Source: Camelus ferus (lineage: Eukaryota). Taken from it: a stretch of 64,000 bases of DNA. The translations under genes and the position numbers were made by a program. Below are positions 11,476 through 24,095 of this stretch, piece after piece (the stretch's first letter is position 1; each line of letters begins with the position of its first letter). Below the pieces are notes generated by a model that was given only the letters and a program-made list of their open reading frames with translations, made no database searches and had not been told where the DNA came from. The stretch is taken from positions 51,400,001-51,464,000 of the forward strand of contig NC_045707.1 of the NCBI RefSeq assembly GCF_009834535.1, written 5' to 3'.

Positions 11476-13589
11476 CTCTACAGGATAACCAGCTCATCAC
11501 CCATCATTTTCTATGTGGAATCTATGACACAGAGATGTAAAGAGGTTTTGCTGCTGCTACCATTACCCAGTCGCTGGCTTCGGCAGGGCTACTGAGCACC
11601 TAATCTTCTCTATACAGCATAGCTAATGAAACACATGATGAATTGAAAAGAGACCCTATTTTGCCATCATATGTTTGCTTTGCTAGAGTAAAAACATCTT
11701 TTTTAAAAGTGAGTGGGTTAATTCAGAATGTGAAGAGAGCATGACAACTGCATCTTGCAGATGGTGTAACATCTATCTTATGAAGACATTTTATTTCTAG
11801 ACAATTAGACACAAAATGCCACATCATGAAGATTCCATTAGTGATGTATTTTACATATACATATTAAAGTGTATTTTAGTAAAATCTGAAAATACTATTT
11901 CTGTCAGCTTCGCTCACTCACTTTTACCAACATACTACATAACAGATTTAACTGTGTGTTACTGAAAGCGTTGTCTTTACCTAGGGGATTTTCCAGGCAC
12001 AACTCTCTGAGGGGTAAGGAACATAAATCAACTCTGCTATACTTAATAAAAGAGGTGGGCATTATTCACCATGTGATCAGTTCTTTTGAAATCTATAGGG
12101 TGCTAATATTAGTATCTGGCACTTCATAGATCATATAACTTCTGGGAAATTTTTCTACCTGTTCAAAGAGATAGATACTCAAGCAGAAGCTCTACTTGTC
12201 ACCACATGTTTATTTTATATGTCATGTGAGGGTCATTACACAGAGAACCAGGCTGTTCACCTTATTTAGACTGCCAGATTCTTCAGGATAATAATCATTT
12301 CTTATTTCAGGAGTCTACAGATGTAATACTTAGCTGTGGAAACACACCTTTAAACAAACAAAAAAACCCTTACAGTGTTCACAAATATAAACCAGTACTG
12401 TCCTATAGAAAGTAAAGATGGATGAGATCTGTATACATTGAATGAAAAACAATATAGAAAAGTAAACAATAATAAACGACATGAAAGTAAATAACTGTCC
12501 ACAATTAGCCATGCTAATTTATCTTCCAGATTTAGGATTATGTTGTTTGTATCTTGGATTCTTTACCCAGCTTTTAGAAAGTGTTTTAAAGGGATTTTGC
12601 ATATTTTTTCCAAGTGTTGTCTTTGTTTGTTTTTCTTGTATAAATAAGTATACTTTGAATTATGTTTTGTATTATTTGGCATATATTTCTGTCTGGATTT
12701 GGTTTTATGTTTGGAGAGTAGGAAAGGCTAAAAATTTTGAAGAGCAGATGGCAGCTGCGTATTAACTTTGCTCACTACACACCAAGTCTGTAAGAAACAT
12801 TGAAAGTAGATCAGAATATAAAAAGTGGATTGGCCTTCACTGAGAACATTTTAAAAAATGATTTACTGACCCTATTCTTTTTTAAACTTTCCTCAAATGC
12901 CTTAATATTTAATAACCTAAAAACTGCTTGCAAATGAATATACTGGAAAACATTGAGGATTCAGTGTAGGATTCTAGCTCAATCTTATTTTATATAACAT
13001 CTTCACCACAAAGGTAGACACCTTTGGCACCTAGTTAAAGACCTAGCTTTGATCCTATTGATAGGACCAAAATTTATGTAAACCAGGAGATCCTTGCTGC
13101 CCTACTTTGATCATCTGTTTTAGGATTTTTGTTTGGTTACCTAGATTTACACTGACCTCTGCACTGTGTTAATGTTCTAAATTATACTAACAAAGATTAA
13201 CAACTCCAATTCCCAATAATTTAGCAGCTTTCATTAAAATTTATTAGCAAGATGTTGTTTTGATGGGTTTATAGGTAGAAAAACTTCATTTTCTTTTATT
13301 TTATAATAAATAAAATACTCCAGTGGAGAAGTTTTATAAAATGAAGAAATTTCATTTTCTCCCACTTTTGCAATGTTCTATTATTTTCCTAATTGTAATG
13401 AAAATGTTAAAATATACAAAACAAGATTTCCTAAACATTTCTCATATTCTTCTCATTCTGTGATCTACATCCTCAGAATTCTGCTTTCCCAGTTCTCTGA
13501 ATGTATTTTTTCCATTCATAGTTTGCGACTATTTGAGATTGGAGAGAAGTACCAATTAAGTGTATCTTATTCTTCTGTGTGATACTCTA

Positions 13590-13745
13590 TAATATACTGT
13601 GAGGACAGTAGTGCTATCTCAGGTTTACATGTAGAAAACATATTACATCTTCAGAGAGCTTAGTAACTTGCAAAGGTATCACAAATAGTTAATGTATGAA
13701 TCTGATCACCTCTTACTGTCTCTAATACTCTCACTCTATACATTA
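13590..13745 (-). mobile_element. MIR SINE (degraded)
   Basis: ctgtgaggacagtagtgctatctcaggtttacatgtagaaaac...cagagagcttagtaacttgcaaagg. Confidence 0.55.
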
Positions 13746-13759
13746 CCCTTATCGTAGAT

Positions 13760-13935
13760 GTTTGCAATAGACTTCTCAATACAGAATCCAGGATAATGCT
13801 TTAAAATATAAGCAGGATAAAATAATACTGTTCAGATCCTTTCATTGGTTCCCTATCTTACTAAGAGCCCAAACCCAAAACCTTTGAAATGGTTCTCATG
13901 ATCTGGCCCCTCACAGCTGCTCTAATTTCATATTT
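13760..13935 (+). mobile_element. L2 LINE fragment
   Basis: ctttaaaatataagcaggat...cctttcattggttccctatc...catgatctggcccct. Confidence 0.6.
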
Positions 13936-14048
13936 GACACTCTCAAGTTCTAGCAGAGATCTTGAGAATATTTGAGACCTGGGGGATAGGAACCAACATG
14001 AATACGCAGAGCAAAGAAAAGTACCAAGACTTGTACTTGGTGACAAAG

Positions 14049-14577
14049 TGTACTAGTCATCTGTTGTTTATAGCAATGGATATTATATGAAGATTGAGCG
14101 GCTTAAAACAAGAACTGTTTGTAATCGCTCATAGTTTTTATGGGTAAGGATTAATGAGCATCTTAGCTGGAATGTTTTGTATAAGGAGTCTCTCATGAGG
14201 TTGAAGTAGTCATATGTTGGCCAGTGTTTCAGTCCTCTGAAGGCTTGACTGAGCCTGGAAGATTTGCCTCCAAGGAAGATCACTCACATAGATAGTGAGT
14301 TGGCTTTTGTCAGAAGGTCTCAGTTCACTGCTAGATGGTCTTCTTCACAAGACTGCCAGAGCTTCCTCACAAAGTGACGGCAGGCTTCCTTCAGAGTGAG
14401 TGTTTCATGAGACCAGTGTGGAATGTGCTGTATCTTTTACGAGCCACCGTGAATCTTCCATGTGGCAGTTACTATAGTATTCTGCTGATCAAACAAATAA
14501 ACCCTGGTTCATTGTGAGAGGGCATGAATACTAGGAAGCTAGAGTCATTGGGAACCATCTTAGCAGCTGACAATACA
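14049..14577 (-). mobile_element. MaLR solo LTR (MLT1F-like)
   Basis: TG...CA termini; ctgaaggcttgactgagcctggaagattt...gggcatgaatactaggaag...gggaaccatcttag. Confidence 0.8.
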
Positions 14578-14579
14578 TC

Positions 14580-14688
14580 ATTGGAGTTTTGGATAACATT
14601 GTATGAAACTTTACCTGAACTGTTCCTGTTAACTTAGTTTGGGTTGATTTTTATGTCAGTTTCAACACACAGAATCCTAACTGGTACA
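14580..14688 (+). mobile_element. MaLR LTR 3' end (MLT1J/K-like)
   Basis: tagtttgggttgatttttatgtcagtttcaacacacagaatcctaactggtaca. Confidence 0.6.
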
Positions 14689-16759
14689 CTGGCATCCTGA
14701 TTCATTGATTGACCAATTTAAGAGCTTTCAATCACAGGAATAATTTAAAATGAAATTATTAGAAATATGGAGATCTTTAAGGAGTCACCCCTTCAACTAT
14801 AAAATAAGAGATGACTAATGATTAATTATTAGATAACCTTGAGAATAGTCAGATTTCTTTTGCCTAAACAATGAGAACTGGTATAGCATGACTTAAAACA
14901 ATTAAAGATGTAAGCTTTTAGTTTGTCTAAGCTCTTGGAAGGATATTTGGAATTAGATGGCCTTAGGTTACATAGTGGTAAAAGTTGGATTGCAACTTTA
15001 TGGTGAGTTATGTTAGTTCTCATTAGTGTTAAACCTTTGAAGTAGCTGTTAAGAATGCTTATTATGTGAATCTATCTTCAGATTTGAGAGTAGAGGCTTG
15101 GTACTTTATTATTTCTATGCTGCTTTTTGTTAGGTATTATAAGCTAGTTATTCTACTGTCATGAATCACATAGGAGCTGTCTCCACTCTGATTCAATATT
15201 GTTTTATTGCTTTAAGACAAAGAAGATGATTTTTCTTGACTTTTTAGCATAATATTCATATTCCATTTTGTTGTAAAACTGTGTTTATTATTTAATAAAT
15301 GTCCTTTCTTTACACATCAAAGAGAATATTGTGAAACTTATTATGAAGTAGGTGTAAAATGTAAAAATAGAAAAGAAAAAAACCCAAGGAATATTTACTT
15401 TATATTTAAAATTTTTTATTTGTTTATTTTTTATTGTTTTAGAAACTTGTTTTCAGACTCTCCATAACTGAATAAGCCAGTAATTGTTAATTACTCTGGC
15501 ATGAACACCGAGGTACCGAGATTTAAATTAACTAGATAGTGAACTACTTTACAAATATTAATTTTAAGAATGTGATACAAGTTTTCAATTCTTCTGCAGA
15601 AAACCAAAGTCCTTTGCTCATATGATAATAAGTTAATAGTTAGAAATTTCTAAAACATGAGTCTTAAATGCTCCTCTCTCTGTTCCATTTTGTTTTATTT
15701 TTCTTTTTCCTCAAACCTCTATTTTTTTTTTTTTGGCATATTCCTCTGTGTGTTTAATTTGTTTGCTTTTGCAAATGCAATTAAGATTTTGGCAAATTTA
15801 CAAAAGAAGCTAAGAAACTGCTGTGAACACAAAGGCAGACATAAAAAAGAAATAGCCATTTTGGTAAATTTGATACAAGAGAACTAAATCTACCAAGCTT
15901 TTCCTGGAAAAAAATAGATAGGAGAATGTGAGAAATGCCTTCAGCCAGCTCAAATTGAAGATGTGCATAAACAAAGACACTGGAAGCCCTCATTTTGACT
16001 CTTTCTACTTAGCAGCAAGCAAATATATTGGCACTAAAACAGGGGCATATGTCTGTGAAAGATAGAGTATAAATAAGCACTTTCTAGAATTTCATGTAGA
16101 AAGAAATAGTAGAACAGAGAAAAGGGCCGTTTAACACAATTTAGAGATATCCTACAAAAAACAAAATTTTTGTTAGGAATTGTATTTGCAGCAATAGTCC
16201 TTAGCTAGATGACGAAGTTGGTAAATTTTTGACCTGTATTCATCTTCTTTTCTTGTGATCCAAGCTTCTCCACATGTTGCTTTCACTCAGATCTGTGATA
16301 CTCCTCGTGATTCCTCTTTTGGAGATTAAAAACTAGACAAGACTCGTCACTTTAATCCAGAGCCAGGCAGCTCTTTGGAGTCTCCATCCATAAAGGGCCA
16401 TGCAACATTAATAGGGTGCTCAGACATGAGTGAGTAATGAAATGGGATAAAGAGAATTATATTTCCCAAAACTCTCTAAAGGAAAGTCAACTGCCTCTTA
16501 TGAAAATTGCCTTCTGGAGTGGATGGCTCCAGGAACCAGTGGGCTTTTGTTTAGATGAACGCTTCGGGCTAATGCCAAATGTCTTTCAATAACAGTGTGA
16601 GGCAAACTCTTTCATTCTCTTTCCTTCTCCAACAAGACACTCAAACTCTCCTATAAATAAATATTTCAAATATATTTAAAGAACTTCAGTTTGACATGGT
16701 TCCACATTGTAGCCTGCTTGTAGGTCTCTCATGTCTAGTCCAACCTTGTCTGATTTCAT

Positions 16760-16990
16760 AGTCAAGAATTCCCCTCACTTCTGGCATTTTGTATCTTCCT
16801 TCCTGGTTTCATTTGTCTCCTCAGCATTGATCACTAATGTACCATGTGTACACACCCACACATACACATATAAAGATTTTTTTATTTGTTTATTGTTTTA
16901 TCTCTAGTGCCTAAAGCAGTATTGACATCTAGTAGATACTCAATAAGAAAAATGATATTTATAATAAATATTTATTTAGTAAATGAATGG
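16760..16990 (+). mobile_element. L2 LINE 3' end
   Basis: tctctagtgcctaaagcagtattgacatctagtagatactcaataa...aaatgaatg. Confidence 0.75.
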
Positions 16991-18094
16991 AAAGTCATTT
17001 TGCCAAGGAGAGCTAGGAACAAGTCCTAAATTTAGAAAGCATCCAATACCCCAGGAGTGTTCCAAAGCTTTATTGTTTCAAAATTTTGAAATCCAAGCTA
17101 CTCAGGCAATTCTCTTTTTATAACTCATCTCATGCTAGCATTTGTAAAGTTTACAAGAGGCCACAGAATAAATATGGAGCAGTTTCTAGGTCATTTGTCC
17201 TTAACCCATGTGAGCTCTCCCAAAAAACCCATATACCCATGTCCCCTTACCCCTGCCCCCTGGGCTTTATTGTGGGAACAGCCAGGCCACCTCAGTCATT
17301 TTTCATAGGAGCAGGGCAATTGTCACATGGTCCAGAGAAGATCAGAATGTGCTCTGTTTCAGGAGAGAGGAATTGACTAGGCTGAACATACTCAGTTATT
17401 TCTCCCAACCCATCATCACTCAAATATTTTCTCTTTTCATGAGAAAAATTGTGAGTGTGGTGGGAAGGTAGGTTATAGAGAAAAGTCAAGGAGCTTACTC
17501 TAGTGGAAGTCCCATCATGGATATTGTGGGACAGAAAAATGGTGGTCACCACTATTCCTGACCATGCAACATTCCCCAGCCTTTCTGAACTATTGGGCTT
17601 AATTATTTAATTTGAAGTCATACAGAGACATAGCTCTCCCTCAGAGGGGAGACTATCAATAGTTTCCTGTTCCCACACATAGGATTCCACTCCCCCAATA
17701 CTAAAAAAAAAAATTTATTTCTCCTTGAAACATTGGTGAATGGTTTAGCATTTAACCTGAAAGATTATGACAAATATCATTATATTAATTAACTCCAAGT
17801 TTCATTGTAACTTAGACAAAAATGTTGATTCCTATTCTGTTTCTCATAAATGCTTCCTAGATATATTAAGTCTATAAAATATCAGGGGAGGGCTAATGGG
17901 CCATTTTGTGACAGGTAGAATTTGTAATGGTGTAGGCACCTTTGACTGTATTATTCCTGCTCTGTGGCATCCTTTCCTCTTCCTTCACGGTTTACTGGGT
18001 TAGTTTGCACTCTTTATTTTTCAACTTAGATGATAATTCCTACAGAATGCATTTCTTGAATCTCCTTGGCATAGTTGCGTCTGCTATTTGACCC

Positions 18095-18310
18095 CTCTCT
18101 TCCCTCCTTAACCCTTAGCACAGTGTACTTCGATCAAAACCCTACTCATCTTGTGGGAATAAAATTTAGTTTTATTGTCTGACTCCCTTCCTGAATTATA
18201 TGCTTCATGAAGGCATATTTTATCATGTCTGCTTTGTTCACTATTTTATCTCCAATTTTTAATATGATATCTCTGCCTTTCATACATTTTGTCAATTGAA
18301 TGAATGATTA
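18095..18310 (+). mobile_element. L2 LINE 3' end
   Basis: tgaattatatgcttcatgaaggc...atgtctgctttgttcactattttatctcca...ttgaatgaatga. Confidence 0.7.
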
Positions 18311-19262
18311 ATTACAAAGAATGGGAGTCATTAAGTCTTTCTAGCATGAGCCTTTGGATTTTATATTTTGGAAATTCATAGGCTGTTGGGATTGGTGATT
18401 ACTTCTCACAAGTGACTGCTATGGAAATACGCATTCAGGTTGCCACTCATTAGAGAGTTAACTCCACCCTGGAAATGACTAGTTGTTGCCTCCTTTAAGC
18501 TTGACCAGCTGTAGGTTTTCCCCCTTTGTTTGCTAGCTGAATGTTGGCATTTAGAGGTCCCTAATCAGCTGAGGGACCTAGGACAGGGCTTTTTAATGTG
18601 GAGTTTATGAAAATCCTTTAAATTGTATACAAGCAGATACAAAAGGATAATATGTCCTGATGGTGGTAAATTTCTGCCACTACCCCAACAAAAAGGAGTG
18701 CTTTTGGAATGTGCCTCATTCTAGCTCACAGGACACCACTCTGAGGTTTGGGGCCCTTGTATGGAATAAATCCTTTGTGTGTATTTAAGAACCTGTGGCA
18801 GTGGTAGACATCTAATTGAGGACTGGAGATTTTGGAACATAGCAGTCTCTTTCAATTTATTTTTTTGCCATAATATAGAACTAATAATTATCAGACCACA
18901 AGCAATAATATGAATTAAAACAAAAACAAAAAACCTGAGTATGACAAATTTGTGGGTAAAAACGTGAGCCCAAAGGGCAGTCCAATATTATGACTATCAT
19001 GCTTTGAAGTAGTGGGCCAGGGAAACACAAACATTCATTGAAGGGCTGGATGGTTATACTAACATTTGACTAGGCTGACAGAGATTGGGAGGTGATTCAC
19101 TGACTTACACCTCTTACTCATGTTTTCATATGAGACGCTCTATTACTAAGAACTATAAGCGTTCTTAGACAAAAACTTTTTTTTTTTTTAAATTTAAAGA
19201 GATAAGGCCAAATTTTTGGTAAATGTGGCATTGTGCTAGGCCTTGGAATTTGATGTGGATTG

Positions 19263-19490
19263 CTAATAATAAGAGTTTATTAGTTGCCAGGGATTTTATC
19301 AAGTGGTTTATCTGGTTTATCTAATTAATTCTAAGGACAACTCTATGAAAGACTATTACTGTCCTTATTCACAAATGAGTTAACTGTATTACAGAGAGGT
19401 TAGGTAAGTAATCTGAAAACAAATGGCAGGACCAAGACCAGGATTTTAAACTAGGCAGTCAGATTCTAGAGACCAATCTCTTAGGCATAC
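19263..19490 (-). mobile_element. MIR SINE
   Basis: caactctatgaaag...cacaaatgagttaactg...cagagaggttaggtaa...ggcagtcagattctagag. Confidence 0.8.
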
Positions 19491-19499
19491 AGTATGAAT

Positions 19500-19715
19500 A
19501 AAAGGACATTCTGGATGAAGGAATATCACAAACAGAAAGAGATTCATTTTGTGAAAGAGATTGTACCAATTTGGAAGGAACATAAGGCTGGGAGAAGAGC
19601 AGTGGTAAATTGAATTAGAAATAGGAATTGGGGCCAGTCTCAGAGGATTTTGTCATTCTAAGCAATGTGTACTTTTGTTGTGGGTGTAGAAATATGAAGA
19701 AATGATCTAAAAGGA
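19500..19715 (-). mobile_element. L2 LINE fragment
   Basis: Purine-rich antisense L2 pattern: cattctggatgaaggaata...ttggggccagtctcagagg. Confidence 0.5.
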
Positions 19716-20467
19716 AAATATGAATTGAGGACTTATCAGTACTATGCGTGTTACTCAGATTAGTGGTCCTTAGAAAGGCAAATATACATTGTAGACATAG
19801 AGAAACATTTACGCTTCCAGAGGCCATTATGGAAAACAGAATCAACATTGCTTTTCTTAAAGTTTCAAAAATAGGGTAGACTTCATAATGAAATAAGAAG
19901 TTTGAAGACAGGGCTATCATATCGGTAATTCTTGGGGTACTGATGAGATGAAAATTCTTTAAATATTTTGTTAGAAAAAATTTGTGACATACTTGGGAAG
20001 GGGCAAAAAGGTTATTGGGTGTCCTTTTAATGGCCATTGTTTAGTGGATCCTTCTGGGGTTATCTGATTGTACCTAGATTTGTACCTTTAATTGTCTTTG
20101 AAATATTTTACACCTTTATAAACTGAAGAAACCAACAGTAATACAGATGATTCTTATCCATTGAAATACAGTTGAATTTTGTCTGGTGAAGATGCAACTT
20201 TTGAATTATCTTCTATATAGAACAATATTGCACCATTTAACAAACTCATTTCAGCTTTTTTTCATTGCGTATGTGTCTGCTCTTTGATTGCTCCTTTGAG
20301 TTTTTTTTAATCACTGACTCCTTTGTTAATTAATGTGATTAATTTGATACGTATACATTTTATACATGTAGGTCATGATTTTTCCCTTTAAAAATTATGT
20401 TTTAACATTTGCAATTACTCAATTTGTAGATCAGTATTGAAAATTGACTTTCTACAGTATAATTCTT

Positions 20468-21033
20468 TTATATTTTTTTTTATTGAAGTATAATAGTCAG
20501 TTTACAATGTCGTATCAATTTCTGGTGTACAGCATATTGCTTCAGTTATACATGAATATACATATATTTGTTTTCATATACTTTTCACCATAAGTTACTA
20601 CAAGATATTGAGTATAGTTCCCCATGCTATACAGTATAAAATTGTTCATCTATTTTTTAATATATATATATATATATTAGTTAATGTCTGTAAATCTGAA
20701 ACTCCGAATTTATCCCTTCCCCCCTTTTTCCCCACTGGTAACCGTAAGTTTGTTTTGTATGTCTATGAGTCTTTCTGTTTTGTAAATAAATTCTTCTTTT
20801 TCTTTTTTTTTTTTTAAGATTCCACATATAAGTGATAGCATATGGTGTTTTTCTTTCTCTTTCTGGCTTACTTCTCTTAGAATGACAGTTTCCAGGTCCA
20901 TCCATGTTGCTACAAATGGCATTATTTCACTCTTTTTTAATCACTGAGTAGTATTCCATTGTATAAATATACCACAACTTCTTTATCCAGTCATCTGTTG
21001 ATGGACATTTAGGTTGTTTCCATTTCTTAGCTA
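20468..21033 (-). mobile_element. Young 5'-truncated camelid-type L1 with 19-bp TSD
   Basis: Poly-T then attgaagta...gtcagtttacaatg; minus-strand ORF2 C-terminal remnant MPFVATWMDLETVILREVSQKEKEK; TSD tttctacagtataattctt (20449-20467) / tttctacaatataattctt (21034-21052). Confidence 0.95.
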
Positions 21034-21558
21034 TTTCTACAATATAATTCTTGTTATTGATGTTATTACTGGTTTATTTTACTGATAACTATCAGGAAAA
21101 CATTTAAATTAAATTGAAAATAATGGCAATATTAGTAGCAATTATTATTCATTGTACACTTGTTCCAGAAATATTTTCATTCATTATCTGGTTTAATTAT
21201 CACAAAATACAATGGAGAGTTTACTGTTACTAGAATACCTATTTTATACACAAAGAAAATAAGACTGAGAGTTCTTTAAATTGCATAATGCCATGTAACA
21301 AATAAATGAAAGTTAGAACTCCAACCCAACTTTTGTTAAATAAAAATGTTATGCTTTAACAACTAGGCCACATCTTCTTTGTGACTTTACTGAAAACGTA
21401 ATCCACAAGGCCCACTCTCATAGCAGTGCCACTACTAATGAAACATCATCTAAAAATGAAAACTGAATAGCTCATTATAGCTCAGTGTAACTTTTGATTG
21501 ATTTACTCAATATACAGATAAAACCACCACAATAAACCAATGTATCTCTTGATTCCAG

Positions 21559-21910
21559 TGTTAATCAGAATTATTTCAACTGCAGGAGCCAGAAAAATAA
21601 TTCAAACTAGCTTACATTAACAACAAAAAAGAGGTGAAATAAATTATTGATCATTACACTGAAAAGTCAATGGGGTCAACTAGTCCACATATGGTATGGC
21701 TGATTGAATGAGCCAAAATAATGTTTTGGGGATTTTCTCTTCATCTCTTGCCTCGGTTTCTCTGCTTGGCCTCATCCTCACCAATTTATGAGGGTTAGTT
21801 AGTGCCATATCCCCAGGGAAGAGAGTTGCATGCAGCTTGAACTCACTTATCAGTCCGGAAAAGGAAGAGGCATCTTTGCGATAGCTCCAGCAGCACTGTC
21901 CAAAGGAGGC
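21559..21910 (-). mobile_element. MaLR LTR (MLT1J-like), truncated
   Basis: tcagaattatttcaactgcaggagccagaaaa...ttcaaactagctta...ggaaaaggaagaggcatctttgcgatagctccagca. Confidence 0.7.
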
Positions 21911-23859
21911 TTCTGGCAATACGTTCTACTACTTCTGTTGTATCTTCAGTTCATCCGAATTACTTGCGTAACTTCCTTCCCTAAGCGTTAGCCCACATGT
22001 GGGGATATAGTAGTCCCTTTTTTTCTTTTCCCTCCATTCTCTCCTATTTTCTTTTAATTCTACCTGAAAACATTTCAAATAACCAATGTAATGGTGGTAG
22101 AAATTTCAATGAAGAATACGACAGAGGAAAAACATGAAGGCAAAACCAGTCAAAAATTAACATAAGGGTGCCCATCCTTTCTTTTCTATGTAGGTAGATA
22201 GAGAGTCTGTGTTTCCCTTAACATTTACAATTGGGAGAGGAAAATTCAAGGGAGCTGTGGTGCCAGCTGAAAAGAATGTGAGGATAACATTTAGGAGGTG
22301 GTTCGGACTTGAGAGGTAGCATTAAGAACTGTGTTGATAAATCAAGGTTTTGCTTTTTTATTTCATTTTAATCTGTTCAGATCAATTCATTTTATTTTTA
22401 AATAATGTTTTTAAAGACTCTGCCTTTACCTTTGCTTCCAATATCAAAAGAATATCCAAAGCCCTTTGATTAAGGTTGAGTTAATTAACTCTAGATCAGT
22501 AATGTTATTTTAAGTTAATTATTGCCTCCCTATACGTAAGTTTAGGACCTTAAGTTTTAAAAAGTATTTTAGCATTTGTAGTTTCCTGACAAAAATTGTC
22601 TGAATTTAATGATGTCAGCCTTATATAATTCTAATTCTTCTGAGCTTAAAATATAAGTCTAAGCTATTTTTCCTCATAGGGAACCCTTAAAAACTTTGGA
22701 TCAAGTAAGTGGTATGATCAATAAGATATTTTAGGCAGAATAATCTTGTGTTCAGGAGAATAATGGACTAAGAAGGGAAAACTATGTGATAGAAAAACTC
22801 ATTAGGAAACCATGCCAATAGCAGAAAAAAAGGTCATGTTATTACACTCTTACTTTTGCAAAGAGACTGGAAAAGAGACATGAAACACAGCTGCCTGTTT
22901 CACTTTTGTAGAATCTGAAATATAAATATTGAGTAACATTCTCTAGCAGAGTTGGAATTGGGTGCCTTTATGTGTAAAATTCCCATGATTCTCTATTACT
23001 TGGGGACAAGATTATGTCTTACTTTTTGATGGCAAATCTGTGGCCAGGAGTCAAATATACACACACAGCATTCATGCAAATGGAACCAGCATGAATTAAC
23101 AGCAGGAGAACTTTATGAACAAGATTCTTAGTACATTTTTGCTTAAAAGCACTAATAAATCAGTTCTGGTAGAAAACCTCTGTCCTGATACAATACCTCC
23201 CCTCAAGGTAATGACGATGCTTTCCTCATTTATTACTTGTCTAAGCTTTAACCTTTGTAACTTCCCCTGAGTCCACTTACAATTCAGGTTTTAGTGTGAT
23301 GATTTATGTATCGTATTATTAAATATTCAGTATAAAACATAGTTTTTACTTCGTATCCCCCAAAGTCATTTTAGCTAGAGGTTTTTTATTTTTTTTCAGC
23401 CAGTCTTTCTGTAAATCTTAACTTAAATCTGTTAATAATAAAGGAATAGAAGAGCAATTTTTCTCTCTTTTGGCTCCTTAGGGTACTTCAATTTTTTCTC
23501 TGTAGGTAGAAAAAGGATAGGAAAAAAAAAAAAAGCTTACTTCACTCTTTTTGTAGAGATGGAAGGCCAGTTCCCAAATTCAGGCTGAAATCCATGGACA
23601 GTTTCTCACCATGAACCTGTAACTGATCTCTGGCCTGTGAAATCAGGAGTGGATCTGAGTAAATGTCTTTGAAGGAGTTTATTAAATTAGCTATGACCAT
23701 AAGTGAAATATAGATGCTGTATTTTGGTGTGTCAAGCAAAAACTGACTATCTCAGGTGACCTAACTTAAATTAGTAATCTTTCAACTTATTTTGTATTCA
23801 TAATCAGCTGGATGATTTTACTCAGTCGATCTAGGAATCCTGTAATTTTGACATGATGC

Positions 23860-24095
23860 TAATAATAATAGCTGCCATGTATTTATAACTTACTATTTTC
23901 CAGTTTTGTGTTTATCAGCTTATGTACATTATCTTACTTAATGTGTATAATTTCCTGTAGTTTAGTGTCATTTTTCATATTGATGTTTAAAATGACTAAG
24001 GCTCAATGATGTGAACTTATTCAAGGTCATATAATTTGAAAGAAACAGAGTTGTTTTATCTGATGTCAAAGGCCATGTTATTAACCACCATACTA
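23860..24095 (-). mobile_element. MIR SINE
   Basis: aataataatagctgccatgtattt...gactaaggctcaatga...caaggtcatata...tctgatgtcaaaggccatg. Confidence 0.8.

Noticed and set aside
11985..12019. Exon-like segment ending GGG|gtaagg (+)
   Set aside because: 29 or 17 nt depending on the acceptor, not frame-preserving, with no supporting context.
19615..20037. 140-aa ORF (minus strand)
   Set aside because: AT-biased composition, partly over an L2 relic, no recognisable homology or splice context.
20681..20922. ORFs with protein-like content here, at 32681-32875 and at 49993-50379
   Set aside because: These are L1 ORF2 remnants, not host genes.
21825..21985. Minus-strand donor gtgagt followed by the RBFOX motif TGCATG
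   Set aside because: The donor lies inside an MLT1J relic, and the upstream sequence has stops in all frames.
22478..22491. Perfect 14-bp palindrome gagttaattaactc, plus 7-8 bp stems near 19146 and 24873-24915
   Set aside because: Within chance expectation for 64 kb of AT-rich sequence.
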